Notes: generated from the letters alone by a model not told the origin. DNA of 64,000 bases from Octopus vulgaris (GCA_951406725.2 OX597822.1:93434001-93498000), one strand, 5' to 3'; counted from the first letter of the stretch, positions 28,252 through 42,075 are shown. Made by a program: numbers and translations.

Positions 28252-28470
28252 CTTTTACTCTTTTACTCTTTTACTTGTTTCAGTCATTTGACTGCGGCCA
28301 TGCTGGAGCACCGCCTTTAATCGAGCAACTCGACCCCGAGACTTATTCTTTTGTAAGCCCAGTACTTATTCTATCGTCTCTTTTGCCGAACCGCTAAGTA
28401 ACGGGGACATAAACACACCAGCATCGGTTGTCAAGCAATGCTAGGGGGACAAACACAGATACACAAACAC
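28252..28470 (-). mobile_element. Family A SINE 3' half
   Basis: ttttactcttttacttgtttcagtcatttgactgcggccatgctgg... Confidence 0.9.
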
Positions 28471-28526
28471 ACACACACACGCATATATATATATATACAA
28501 TATATATATATATATATATACATTAA

Positions 28527-28582
<56 letters not shown>

Positions 28583-29018
28583 CATGTATATAATATGTAT
28601 AATACATATACACACAAACACAAGCACGCGCGCGCACACTCACACATTTACATATACACAAAAATTTCCAGCACAACTTGCACGTATGGAAAGAAGAAAA
28701 AAGGGTCGGACAATGAGGAGAGAGGGAATATGAGGGAGAAAGCGACAGAGTGTGGAGAGAATATGAACAAGAGCGAGAAGGGGAGGAGGGAGAAAGCCTG
28801 AAAGAGTTGTTTCTCAAAGACTCAGTCAAGTTTCCTTTGATGTCCTCAAACAACAACAATGGCAACAATAACAACCACAATAACACTAGCGACAACACAT
28901 TCCTCAAGGTCTTCACAATAACTTTACACAATTACTTCTATGATAGCAAGCATATTTCAATGCATTTTTCCATTGACAAAAAACATGCCATCACACACAT
29001 AAACACACACGCGCGCGT

Positions 29019-29064
<46 letters not shown>

Positions 29065-29384
29065 ATATATATATACACATATATTTAAACACACATAACA
29101 CGTCAGTTTATCTGTTCAGGAACATAATTATACACAATTATCTACACGAGAACACAGTACACACACACACAGAGACACACACACACGCACACACACACAC
29201 ACACACATACACGCATGCATACAAGCACGCACACACACACATGCACACACACATATATACATACATAAATATATATACACACACAAACATACACATACAT
29301 ATATACATATGTATGTATATATATATATATATGTATATGTATACATATATGTATATATACATATCTATACATATTTACATACAT

Positions 29385-29442
29385 TGGTACCAAGTAGGTG
29401 GCTGGTCAAAGTTTATTCTAAAATTAAAGAAATAGAGAAGAA
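29385..29442 (+). mobile_element. 5'-truncated 3' UTR stub of the R4-like LINE seen at 689-996
   Basis: tggtaccaagtaggtggctggtc..agtttat..tcta...aaaga.atagagaagaa is nearly identical to 938-996 and lies inside (CATA)n. Confidence 0.8.
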
Positions 29443-29518
29443 CATACATACACACATATACATACACAGATACATACATACATACATACATACATACATA
29501 CATACATACATACATACA

Positions 29519-29554
<36 letters not shown>

Positions 29555-29604
29555 CATACATACATACATACATACATACATACATGCATACATACATACA
29601 TACA

Positions 29605-29640
<36 letters not shown>

Positions 29641-29909
29641 TATGCATGCATACATACATACATACATACATACATACATACATACATACATACACACATA
29701 TGTATGTATGTGTATGCATGCATGTATATATATGTATATATATATATATATATATTATTAATAATATCAGTGACTTAGCATGCGTGAAAAACCCATAAAG
29801 GTAAAAATTAGTAACTAAGGGTACTAGCAAGTGGTACCCGCATTCTACCATAGCTATGTTAGATTACCGGTACCACCTGTTAGTACCCTAAATTATGAAT
29901 ATATATATA

Positions 29910-31396
29910 CTAGCGGGACCCGTGGAATTTCCACGAACCGATTAATATAATCTTGAGCAAATAATAAGCCTTTTCCGCAAATATATGTGCGTGTATAGAA
30001 TGAGATACTTAGCGTATATTTGTTCAGTTCTATTTACAAATACATAAAATTTAGCTATTAATTCAATCCTTCTTTAACATGCAATGCTCATAGGCTGGGA
30101 AAATAAACAACACATAGTGAAACTTGGGCGTGTCCACCATGTCTGCAAGATTGCCAATGCCAATCAGTCCGTGGTACTTCCCCTTTCCCAATATAGAATC
30201 ATGCAAGTTTCTTCCGATATGAATACATAAAATAATAGACCTATATATGTACAAAACTATATAATACACGTCACACAGGAATAGTTTCCTCTTTTGAAAG
30301 ATATTAGTTATATATATATATGTATGTATGTACATGTATGTATATATATATATATATACTTGATAACTGTAAGCACCTGTATATGCCAGCTAGTGGTATA
30401 GGTGATAGGATATTATGCATTGATATAAGTTGTTCAATAAAGCCCGAAACATATGTACCGCAGAATCCTTTGCGTCCGGTTTTTCTTTTGATATATATAT
30501 ATATATAAATTAGAATAAAACCACCTTTCAGCAATTCAATTATGAAAAATTAAATTATACCATTAGAAAAATTACATATTATAGAAAGATTAAATATAAG
30601 TTAAAACATATAACAATGATTAAGTAAAGTGAAAAATAATAAATAAATAATAATGTATGTATGTATACATATAAACCAAGGACACATACATAATGCAATC
30701 AAGGGTCTATAGGATTTCTGTAAACACTCCGCTCCTTGAAGTCAGTACCTCTCGGCAGATAATGTTCTTAGTAACAGTTCGCCTTCTTCTTTTTCCTTGT
30801 CTGTCTCCATTACCTTAGCCCTTACATCTGAGAGTTTGTGAGCTCTAGAGTATGCCACATACAACTGCCCGTGACTGAACACTAGCAGGTAAGAACAATC
30901 CCACCTTCCCCAATGTCTGCCCCTGTGACTTGTTAATAGTCATGGCATATGACAAACGGACAGAAAAGTGGGTTCTCCCCAAGGTGAATGGCAACTTAGG
31001 GTCGCTTGGAGCCAGCTTTATTCTTGGGGTGAGGACACGTCTGCCAATTAGTGAGCCGCTAATCAAGAAAGTCACGATTGAATGTTGATGCATGGCCACC
31101 ACTTTTCAGCTTTGTACCATTGCAGAGTCCATTTTGGATAGAAATGTTACGAAGAAGCATTACTATTAAGCCGGGTTTTAAACTTAATTTATGAGGAGGT
31201 ACTCCTGCTGGTGTCAAAGAGTTTAGAAATTCAAGTGGATAGCGCTCAGCCTCTGCAGGATCACCTGTCAAAACTTTATCTGTACTATAATAGGTACGGC
31301 AGTCACTTGGAAGTTGTCTCAAAATTTCTTCATTGATCAGGAGGCAGTCTTTGGCGAAAGAATTACTCTGCTTTTTCTTTCCAGCCAACACAGTTG
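29910..31396 (-). mobile_element. Second Helitron family, helicase pseudogene plus 3' end
   Basis: YPLEFLNSLTPAGVPPHKLSLK..MLLRNI...GLCNGT and YAMTINKSQGQTL. Minus-strand 3' hairpin cgtggaaattccacg, then CTAG at 29913-29910. Confidence 0.9.
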
Positions 31397-31572
31397 GCAA
31401 AAATGAATTGCATTTTAGAGGGTCGGCCTTGTCACATTCTGTGTTACGCTGAACCCCGCTGACAACTACGTGTCTGTGGAGTGCTTAGCCACTTGCACGT
31501 TAACTTCACGAGCAGGCTGTTCCGTTGATCGGATCAACTGGAACTCTCGTCATCGTAACCGACAGAGTGCTA
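31397..31572 (+). mobile_element. SINE tail type 1 fragment
   Basis: ccttgtcaca...gtgtctgtggagtgc..agccacttgcacgtt...gtaaccgac, as in 22260-22418. Confidence 0.8.
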
Positions 31573-31687
31573 GTTACTTTATAACTAAGATGACTTCAAA
31601 TACGAATTGAATTCGTGTTGATGTTTTGGCTGCCTGGAAAATAGTTCTCTATCAAAGTCTCCGTAATTTATTGTGTGTATTGAACTA

Positions 31688-31889
31688 AAGGTGGCGAGCT
31701 GGCAGAATCGTTGTCACGACTGGAAAATGCTTAGCGGTATTTCGTCCGTTACGCCGGGGTCTGGGTCTACTCTGCCTTTCATCCTTTCGGGGTCGATAAA
31801 ATAAGTACCAGTTGAGCACTGGAGTCGATTAAATCAACTTACTCCCTCCCCCGAAGTTGCTGGTCTTGTGCCAAAATTTGAAACCATTA
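31688..31889 (+). mobile_element. Family B SINE with TSD
   Basis: ggcgagctggcagaatcg...gcctttcatcctttcggggtcgataaa; tgtgtattgaacta is duplicated on both flanks. Confidence 0.85.
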
Positions 31890-33111
31890 TGTGTATTGAA
31901 CTACATTTTTTTAGTTTAGTAAAAATAAATGAAACAGCTTTTTATCTTTCCCAGGAGGGTCGGGTTTCAATCCTGGATGGAACCGCAAATATTTTACTTG
32001 CTCGATGTCGCTTCAGTTGACGTGTAGTGAAGCGTTAGCAGAAGGATTCGGATCAATGGTAATGTTTACGGATCAATGAAACGCTGTTATTGAAGCAACA
32101 ATCTTCTTAGCTCAACATAACTTACCAAAGGAAAGAAAGAACAAGAAATCTGGAATGAAGTCTGGTAGTTTACATCAATATCAATGGTTGAATCTAACCT
32201 TCCAGGTTTCGATTCTAAGACAGGAGTTTATGTCCTATTTCCCTTCACTTATGTTGCTGAAAGGTCCCCTATGCAATCACTCTTACGGACTTGATAAAGA
32301 GGACATTGGAAAATATAGTGGCAGATATGCAACTGATGGGATGGGCATGCCCGGAATGCTGATCGTACGTTACCCAGATCTGAGGTTAAATAACAATATC
32401 AAGGTAGTATAAGGTAGTATAAGATTAGTGAACCGACTTTGCAATAAGGGTTCGATTCCTTGACGAGGTTGTTTTTTTTTTTCACCTGGGAGAAATTGAT
32501 GTTTGATAAACTAAGAGAAATCAGTCTTTTATAGTTTGAACAGTTTTTGGTTTGTTAAGATATGAACATCACAGCATACCATTTCAGTTCCCCGAAACAT
32601 ATGTGAAGCTAAGTGATTAACGTTTATGATCAGAATTAATCACCTGAGCACGTGAACACCTCATCCAACTACCAGTATAGAGAAGTCAGTAACGGCCCTC
32701 CTGAGGTTTTCACCCAGGCCCGACAAAACCAGACTAGAAAGGAACTTCAGTGAACTGGTTTTAGCTCAAGGAATTTGGTGCTGTTCCGATTCTTGAACAA
32801 AGTGCGTAAATCTTTGCCTATCCTACATAAAGTGGTGACACATCTTAAGTCAAAATAGAGGCATATTAACATTTTGGAAACTGTTCCATATTGTCAATAT
32901 TTAACCATCTCAGATGACAATCTACGAAATACTGCTTTAAAAAATTCAGTATTGTGTTTTATTACAAAGAATTAATAACTCCCACGCACAGTATCTTTTT
33001 CCTGATATGACATTTTAAAAAATCTTTATTTTTTCTTTTAACTTCTCCTGACCCAACTTCAATTATAAGAAAGGCTTGCAAGGAATTTTCTTTTTCTTGC
33101 TCTCATTGCTG

Positions 33112-33548
33112 TCTTCTTCTTCTTCTTCTTCTTCTTCTTCTTCTTCTTCTTCTTCTTCTTCTTCTTCTTCTTCTTCTTCTTCTTCTTCTTCTTCTTCTTC
33201 TTCTTCTTCTTCTTCCAATCAGGACTCACGCCATTAGCCACAAAGAATAATCTCGAATTCGAGCCTACTCTAAGCTACTAAAAATGCGTGTGGCAGCTTG
33301 AAGATCCACCCACCACACGCGATAGACTGGCGGTTGCACGGGCGCGAAAGCTACGTTGTTATCCTCATTCTGTAAACGGTGGCTTTTAACGGGTGGAGAG
33401 TTGAACCATCCTGGGGTACAGAGGGTTCGCAATCTAGACTAGGGTCTGAAAGTTTACCACACCATAGTGGGTTACACCATGGTTCCTCTGCTTTGTGGAA
33501 GAAGTAGGAAGAAAGAGTGAGAGAAAGTTGTGGTGAAAGAGTACAGCG
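33112..33548 (-). mobile_element. Family C SINE body with alternative tail (type 3) ending in (AAG)n
   Basis: Minus strand ctgtactctttcaccacaactttctctcactctttcttcct matches family C, then about 280 bp of unrelated tail and a long (AAG)n run. Confidence 0.6.
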
Positions 33549-33639
33549 TTTTCTAAGGACAACCGATTTCCACGAAAGAACATATCTTTTCTTTATGGTC
33601 CCACACAACAATATTTGGGTGATGTATGTATGCATTCAT

Positions 33640-33860
33640 GCATCATTCAAAATGTGACCGCCTGTGTACCGTTGGCGATTTTTTCCTCCGTCTGCTCTTC
33701 CTTGGATCTTTCCTTTTCCTATGTTTCTGACGAAGAGCTCCACTCGAAACGTTAAATCCTCCTTCTTTCTTTCCTTTCCTGAGCGTCCAATAACACTATA
33801 CTTGTTCCATGTCCTCACGTTGTTATGTTTTCTCTTTGTGTTTTCATGTTTGGATTAACT
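33640..33860 (+). mobile_element. Penelope-like pLTR fragment inside (TATG)n
   Basis: Pyrimidine-rich segment containing a hammerhead motif, bounded by (TATG)n. Confidence 0.55.
33723..33757 (+). ncRNA. Minimal type-I hammerhead ribozyme (dimer type)
   Basis: UUU-CUGACGA-a-GAG-cucca-CUC-GAA-ACGU-U-AAA; 4-nt palindromic stem III. Confidence 0.7.
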
Positions 33861-35229
33861 ATGTATGTATGTATGTATGTATATATGTATTTATGTATGT
33901 ATGTATGTATTCATGCATGTGTGTATGTATGTATGTATGTATGTATGTATGTATGTATGTATGTATGTATTATGTATGTATTCATGCATGTGTGTATGTA
34001 TGTTACTGGTAATATGGATTAATAAATTCAGGTAGATATCTATAAAGCACACTCAATTGTAGCATTTTTATAGTTATTTTTTATCCCTTCGTTGTCTACA
34101 GACGTCATCGTAAGTTTAAATGCTAAACGGGATTTCCTTAAAAAAGCAATACTTCTTACCGCTCTTTTTGTTTGCGTTCATATATTATATTATAGCTATT
34201 ATGTCAGTTCGTTTAACATTCAGTTTGTTATGGCTGGCCCTGTTAACTGTGTCTGCATAGACTTCGGATATATTGGACTGAATGGTATTTTGTAACTTTT
34301 TCTATATCGAAACATGTTGGCAAAATAGAAATGATCGTCAGTCCTATATGGTGAAATCATCAAATAAAGATGTGATATTCTCCATCTTTGTTGTTGTTGT
34401 TGTTGTTGTTGCCGTTGTGTGTTGTTGCTGTGCTGTTGTTGTGTGGTTGTGTTGTGTTGTTGTGTGTGTGTGTGTGTGTGCGTCTGTCTTGGTGTGCTTA
34501 CGTCCAAGTATCTTAGCGGTTCGGCATACCAGAGTAATGGAATAATAATACCAGGCTTAAAAAGAAAATAAGTGCTGGGGTCTATATCTTCGACTAACAA
34601 ATTTTTCAAGGTGGCCACAGTCTAATAACTGAAACAAGTAAAAGAATGTTAAAAGAAAGAACGAAAGAAAGAAAGGGAAAAAGAAAGGAAACTAAAAAAA
34701 AGAAACCAAATAATTCACTATTTATAGCAAACATAATAATGAACTTTTTAATTTAATTAAACGGATTTACTTAAACGATAAGCCGTGAATAATGTTTGTT
34801 TCCCCCGCCACACACACACACGCACCGATATTCATTCTCAGTTGTTACCATTTCATTTCATTTCATTTACATCATTATCAAACTAGAAAAAAAAAAGAAC
34901 TAAACAAAACGAAATCTCAGATTGCTTCACCGAGGACAGATATGAAACTGTTAGTGAAGTAGATTCGATTATTTTTAAATATATTTATATTTCTAGTAAA
35001 AAAAATTGATGAAATACAAAAGCCATCGAAGGGATTTTTTTTTCTATTGTAAAACGGCGAACTGTCAGAATCGGACAAAATATTTTGAGGCTTTTCCTCT
35101 AGTTTTCTACGTTCTGAACTAAAATTTCACCGAGGTCGATTTTGTTTTTCCTTTTTAACTCCAACACCTAAAATTTCAGGCCTTGTGCCTCTTAGCAGAA
35201 AGGTGTCTTTCTTTTCTTTTCTTTTCTTT

Positions 35230-35261
<32 letters not shown>

Positions 35262-35263
35262 TT

Positions 35264-35322
<59 letters not shown>

Positions 35323-35387
35323 GGGAGAATCGTTAGTGCGTTGACCAAAATATTTTAAGTTATTTCTTCCTGCCCTTTACATTCTGA

Positions 35388-36522
35388 GGGCTGATCTCCT
35401 TGTTTGGCTCACACTTTTCAAGTCCTCAAATTTTGTTCCGGTTGATTTCAAATTTGGTGTATTGATGTAGTTTTGTATTCTAATTATGCAAATGATTAGA
35501 ATACAAAATTAATTAATTAATAAAAAGTTGATAGCTTTTAAAGTTTGTAAATTTTGGGTAATTTTAGCCGTTCGGAAGTCAGACCTATTGGTACTTGCTT
35601 TCATTGTAACAAACCAAGTTATAATCTGCTAACCGAGGAAGGGTGCTATATAAGCAGTGGGTTTTCGGAAGAGTGTGTCGCGAGATGAGACATGCTTTCT
35701 TTATGCAGTGCCATGTCAAAATCACAGCACACTGGGGGAAAGCCTACGTCTGTCAATTCTTCCAGGAACCACAATTTTCAGTGGCTTGTGGAGAGCCTAC
35801 TCTCTCGTTCTTAAAATTGATAATTATAATTTTTGACATAAAACAATGAACCGCATCGTTGAGTTTATTAACTCGAAAGATGTTACCCACACGCAGTGAG
35901 TGTAAAGCGCATGGGCCTCTGTAAAACGAAGTTATAAACGATGCGGTGGCATCCACCGTTCTATGGTTGACATAAATTCTGCGAGTTTATGTGACGCAGG
36001 AGAAACGAAATTGTAATTTGTTTCGACAAACTCCGAGAGTGCATCGCAAACTTTCATCTTTGAATCTTAGCTACAAAACATGCATTTTTCACAAGAACTG
36101 AACTACGGTGTTCTTTCTGATTTTTATTTTATTATGTTTTTATAATTTATAGTTCGTAATCTAGCATTCAGTATGTTTTTGTTTGTTTTTTTTTTTGTAC
36201 TTTTTTGCAAAAAAATTTCATTGAGGATTTTATTTCTTTTGATATTTTTTACCTACCTGTTCCAGCATTTCACATGACTTTATTCATTAAAACTGGGAAC
36301 TACCGTCGTTGAACGTTTTGTCGTCGTAATGTTGTCATCACGCACAAAATGCGAGCTTCCAATTCCTGCTTTCTGATTGGGTAAAAATAATCAATGTCTA
36401 AACCGCTGAGACATTTTCCCCCAAAATTTCTGGCAAAGTGAAAAATTACATCAATATACCGAATTTGAAAATTTTCACTAAATTTTCTAATTTCAAAGTG
36501 GGAGCCAAGCAGAGAAGACCCC
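35388..36522. mobile_element. Non-autonomous DNA transposon nested in a family B SINE
   Basis: Imperfect TIR tgtttggctcacacttt / aaagtgggagccaagca plus subterminal IR ttcaaatttggtgtattgatgta / tacatcaatataccgaatttgaa. SINE halves lie on either side. Confidence 0.65.
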
Positions 36523-36646
36523 CGAGGTCGAATGCTGTTGAGTCGATAAAATAGGCCCCAGGTGAGTCGATGGAATCAATTTACCCTCTTCCCTAAAAAT
36601 ATTACTTTTGCCAAAATTTGAAGCCTTTATTGTTATTTTTAAACAA

Positions 36647-36850
36647 AGCAGAATCGTTAGCGCGCTGGATGAAACGCTTGCTAGTATTTCTCCTGTCGCT
36701 ACGTTCTGAGTTCAAATTCCGCAGAGGTCGATTTTTCCTTTCATCCTTTCAGGGTCGATAAATTAAGTACCAGTAAAACACTAGGATCAATGTAATCGAC
36801 AAGTCCCCTCCCCTCAAGTTTCAGCCCATGTGCCTTTATTAGAAAGGGTT
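36647..36850 (+). mobile_element. Family B SINE
   Basis: gcagaatcgttagc...gagttcaaattccgc.gaggtcga...cctttcatcctttc. Confidence 0.85.
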
Positions 36851-37415
36851 ATTTTTAAACTTCTATTTCGATATAACTGGAACTGTAATCATAATGGAAT
36901 TCTGTAATTTTGGTTTTTAATTTGATCTTAGAACGGATGTTGAGAGCCAATAACAACAACATTCCATGTTTTGTTTATCTTGTTATTTATTTATCTTAAT
37001 TTCCAGACATGTTTTCTTTCATTTCATAAATATAATAAAAATCTATATCTAAAAATAAAAATAAATAAAATAAAGTAAATGAAATAAAAGAATTTAAGGG
37101 TACTTTTTTTTTTCTGTCATTCGTTGCACCTCCCTCTGGCACATACAGTTTCAATTTTCAGCTACAACTTGTGGGGAAATATTTCTGAAATTGGTGCAGG
37201 GTCACTGCTTATGACTTTCTGTAACCGATATTTCAAATAAACTTTGTTGCTTTTTAATTTGTTACATTTAATCCGTGCGTGTGTGTATGAGTGTGTGTTT
37301 ATGTCTGTGTATATATATATAGATGTATATATATAGAGATGTATATATATATACATATATACATATATACATGCATATATGTGTAATACGCACACACACA
37401 TACACACACATATAT

Positions 37416-37478
<63 letters not shown>

Positions 37479-37672
37479 GCATAAGTAATATATATTAATG
37501 GAATATATATAACATGTAACATGTAATATTTATATATATATGTAACACATGAAAATATATATAACATATGTAATATATATATATATGTATGTATGTATGT
37601 AATATATGTAATATATACATGTAATGTATATATGTATGTATTTGTGTAATATATGTAATATACATACATGTA

Positions 37673-37723
<51 letters not shown>

Positions 37724-37958
37724 GTGTGTGTGTGCGTATATGTAAAACATATATATATTATGTAACATATATGTAATATGTATATAGGATACTGTGTGGA
37801 CTAAGATCCCCGTTGACAGACCGCTGGTATTTATAGAGTGTTAAACACTTTCGCTGTGCAAATTAAGGACTCCTTCATAGAGTAACTACTGCATTTGTTG
37901 AGCATATAAAGAGTTTGACTGCTTGTCTCCCTGGAAACTGTCAGAATGATGTGGACGC

Positions 37959-37997
37959 CTCTGATGAAAACCCAATAAAGTTCGAAAATCGATTAAG
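37959..37997 (+). ncRNA. Minimal type-I hammerhead motif (eroded stem I)
   Basis: CU-CUGAUGA-aAAC-ccaauaaa-GUUc-GAA-AAUCGAUU-A-AG; palindromic stem III. Confidence 0.65.
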
Positions 37998-38045
37998 ATT
38001 GTTTATCGTTTCTTCAGTCTGCGGAGAATTGGCTAAAATTTACCC

Positions 38046-38257
38046 TCTTTTATTCTTTTACTCGTTTCATTCATTTGACTGTGGCCATGTTGGAGCACCG
38101 CCTTTAGTCGAGCAAATCGACCCCAGGACTTATTCTTTGTAAGCCTAGTACTTATTCTTCCGGTCTCTTTTGCCGAGCCGCTAAGTTACGAAGACGTAAA
38201 CACACCAGCATCGGCTGTCAAACGACGTTGGGGAGACAAACACAGACACACAAACAT

Positions 38258-38328
<71 letters not shown>

Positions 38329-38494
38329 TATATATATATATACATATATACAACGGGCTTCTTTCAGTTTCCGTCTACCAAATCCACTCACAAGGCTTTG
38401 GTCGGCCTGAGGCTATAGTAGACACTTGCCCAAGCTGCCACGCAATGGGACTGAACCCGGAACCATGTGGTTGGTAAACAAGCTACTTACCACA
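38046..38494 (-). mobile_element. Family A SINE
   Basis: Near full-length match to 16281-16736. Confidence 0.9.
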
Positions 38495-38549
38495 GATAAT
38501 ATATATATGTATACGTACTATATATATATATGTAATATACAATTATATA

Positions 38550-38607
<58 letters not shown>

Positions 38608-38695
38608 TGCACCTGTGTGTGTGTGTAATATATATATACATATGCTATATATAAATATATGTCATGTATATGTGGGTGTGTACGTGTGTGTGCGT

Positions 38696-38838
38696 GTGTG
38701 GCCGTGTGGTAAGAAGCTTGCTTCCAAACCATATACTTCCGGGTTCAGTGTCTTCGGCAAGTGTCTTCTATAGCCTCGGTCCGACCGAAGCCCTGTGAGT
38801 GGATTTGGTAGACGGAAACTGTAATAAGCCTGACGTGT
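38696..38838 (+). mobile_element. Family A SINE 5' half, head-to-head with the previous copy
   Basis: gtggccgtgtggtaagaagcttgc...gtgagtggatttggtagacggaaactg. Confidence 0.8.
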
Positions 38839-38994
38839 ATATATATTATATTATATACATACATAGAAATAGATAATATAATTGCAACATATTTTGTTTT
38901 TGTATATTTTTATTTTTCTTGAGTTTGTGCTTTCCTTCACTTTTTTTTCTTGTCATCGTCGCTGTGGGGCTTTTTTCTTTCTAATTCTTGATCC

Positions 38995-39375
38995 GTGGAG
39001 GCGAAGTGGTCCAGTGGTTAGGGTAGCGGACTTGCGGTCACAGGATCGCGGTTTCGATTCCGAAACCGGGCGTTGTAAGTGTTTATTGAGCGAAAACACC
39101 TAAAACTCCACGCGGCTCCGGCAGGGGGGTGGTGGCAAACCCTGCAATACTCTTTTACCACAACTTTCTCTCATTCTTTCTTCCTGTTTCTGTTGTACCT
39201 GTATTTCAAAGGACTAGCCTTGTCACACTCTGTGTCACGCTGAATCTCTCCGAGTACTGCGTTAAGGGTACACGTGTTGGTGGAGTGCTCAGCCACTTGC
39301 ACGTAAATTTCACGAGCAGGCTGTTCAGTTGATCGGGTCAATTGGAACCCTCCTCGTCGTAACCGACGGAGTGAC
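38995..39375 (+). mobile_element. Family C SINE, tail type 1
   Basis: Matches 22037-22421; degenerate TSD aattcttgatcc / aatccttgaacc. Confidence 0.9.
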
Positions 39376-40079
39376 CCCGAATCCTTGAACCACAGGTTAT
39401 TATTCCATAAATAAGACGATTTAATTTCTCCAAACAAGCTATACTATTCCACTAACGACCTTATAAATACCAAAAGTCTTGATTGCAATTCTGGAAATTA
39501 AAAACTTGTTCTTACTAATGTTGCTGTGAAGTATTTATAAATAAATCATTCAATATTTTATAATATTATATTATATTTGTAATTAGGTTCTTAAGTCACA
39601 TTTTAATCGAGCTAATCGCACTGATTGACTCTGATTAGTTCTTGCTGTGACCAAAATGACGGTAACAGGCAGTTTGTACCGATTCCCTGAGAAATTCTTT
39701 AATGAGTACTACCCATGGTGCACCACGGAACTATAACATACGCATGTTTTTTTTTATTCGCTCCACGGTGGAAAGTGAGGAGGAGGAGGAGGTGGTGGTG
39801 GTGGTGGAGGTGGCGGTTGTGGAGGTGGAGATTGTCGTTCAGAGTTCGGTTATATATCTACCGTTAAAATCAGCGTGGTGTCAACAGGAGGTAAACATGG
39901 ATATGATGACAGCAGTCGTTATAATAAGACAACATAGCAACCCCTGGAGTTTGGCACTAAAGTAACTACCTTATCCCTTCCTACTTCCTTGCTTCCAATA
40001 GCAATACCACACGATTGCTTCATGATGAGCGACAGTAATGATGATAAAGACAAGGTACAAGGTCAGAATTTATGACAGA

Positions 40080-40252
40080 GGAAAGGTTATAGTCTATCGA
40101 TGGAGAAAAGTTTATAGTCTATCGATGGAGAAAAGGTTATAGTCTATCGATGCAGAAAAGGTTATAGTCTATCGATGGAGAAAAGGTTATAGTCTATCGA
40201 TGGAGAAAAGGTTATAGTCTATCGATGGAGAAAAAGTTATAGTCTATTGATA
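40080..40252. repeat. 25-bp minisatellite, about 7 copies
   Basis: Unit gaaaaggttatagtctatcgatgga, head-to-tail with no spacers. Confidence 0.95.
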
Positions 40253-40532
40253 TGATACTTACATAGCCTATTGATATGATACTGAAATTCGTTGCATGGG
40301 TGTAGCTGGTTGTATGAACCTAGGTACTTGAATGGTACTTATTCTGTTGGCCGCAGATGAGTAAGAGGGGAAAAATTAAACGCAGGGAATTTGATCTCGG
40401 AACGTAAGTAACATAAGTAAATATGGTTAGGTCATTTAGTTCATTGCCTCTTACTGATTCAGCCAGCCTTCTCCCAAATATTGATACGACGGTTAACTAC
40501 TTCCAATACTGAATTTAAACTAAGTATTTTTC

Positions 40533-40621
<89 letters not shown>

Positions 40622-41265
40622 TCTAGCGCCCATAATTCGACTTTTACTTCTTACCAATATCAAGTTTCTTTTTAATTGCTTGTTGTTTCGATTGGTTGTT
40701 GTTATTATTCTCCTTGTTTTCTCATCGATAAGTCCCAAGTCAGACCGGATTGAACATGTTTATTATTAAAGGCGTTCCGCTCGTAATCACTCTGCTTTCT
40801 TGTACATTTATATGTTCTTTCTCATTAAAGTTTTGTGGGAGATTTGGTTGTGATTTTCGGCAGATCGAGCAACAACATGAAGGGTCTCTACATTGGCTTG
40901 TTCACACTGTTGATATTGTTATAGTTTTTATTGATAGCGTTGCTCAAATCAGCTCTGGCCGAGTAGGACCCTCCTATCTTTTTCTCCTGACATAACATAT
41001 CTAGGACTTCACTAGACTATGTATCTGTCCTTTTTCAGAGGGTTAGTGTGAGATTTTAAGGAATTTGGCTGATATTTTTGTATGGATGTTTACGCTGAGA
41101 TTTGGTAGTGGTGGTTAACGACACAAATGTAGTTCACTATTTCTATTAATTTCTTTAAGTTCTAAGTTCATAATCACTAGAATTTTTTTTATTTGGTTCA
41201 GTCCTTTAACATATTTGTTTTTCCCAAAACTTGTGCCAAGTAACAAATAAATATTCTTTTCTACT

Positions 41266-41398
41266 CTAGGCACAAGCCCCGAAACTTTTGGGGAGGGGGT
41301 CAGTCGATTAGATCAACCCCAGTACGCAACTGGCATTTGAGTTATCGATCCTGAAAGGATGAAAGGCAAAGTCGACCTTGGCAGAATTTGAACTCAGA
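41266..41398 (-). mobile_element. Family B SINE fragment
   Basis: gaaaggatgaaaggcaaagtcgacc...gaatttgaactcag. Confidence 0.8.
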
Positions 41399-41419
41399 AA
41401 ACAAATAAATATTATAGAA

Positions 41420-42075
41420 GCAACGCAGTTTATCACGTAGTGACAATGTCTCTAACCGTTTGCTTGAATAAATCTTGGTGTAACCTATCCAAAGTGCTAC
41501 TGAAACGTAGTTTTCTAATGAGAACAATTAGAGCAAAGACCATAATAGAGGGAGGGATCAAGTTCGATTGAGGTAAGCAAAATACAATGTGATAGAAACA
41601 AACACACACACATGCAGGAAGTAAATAGACACCTTTAATTTTCAAAATCTTTTATTTGATATTAAATGGTTGAAGGAGAGGTTTTCTTCTAGCTGCTCGT
41701 CCATAATACTCAAGCTTAAGCAGATACGTAACACACGTTCTTGGACTAACTTCTAGCTGTTTTGCAATGTCTGAAGCCTTCGAACGGGGTTCGTTTTCCA
41801 CAATTCTCTTCAAACAGAGAAGCTTCCTTTCCGAGGGTCCAGGTCGGCCGGGACGAGAATCTGTTGATTCTTTTCTTTGGCTTTGAATTGCACTATAATT
41901 CTATTAACAGTAGCAAGAAGAATTTGAAGATTTTCGGCAATTTTTTGCTGGCTAAGACCAGCCTCAGATGGCCCAACAATACGACCTCTTTGAGAATCTG
42001 AGAGTTTTACTGAATCGTTTGTGCGTGGCATGGTTACTCTTCGCAAATGTTTAATATAATGGCACCTGGAATGAA
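41420..42075 (-). mobile_element. Tc1-like transposase remnant
   Basis: MPR...LSDSQRGRIVG..EAGLSQQKIAENLQI..ATVNRII resembles the Tc1 paired-like HTH. Downstream frames are decayed. Confidence 0.75.

Noticed and set aside
34271-34325. Possible further hammerhead (ctgaatg...gaaacatgtt)
   Set aside because: Palindromic stem III is present, but the core and stems I and II are too degenerate to support.
40080-40252. CRISPR-like array (also 8519-8712)
   Set aside because: Units are directly adjacent with no unique spacers, there are no cas genes, and the context is eukaryotic.
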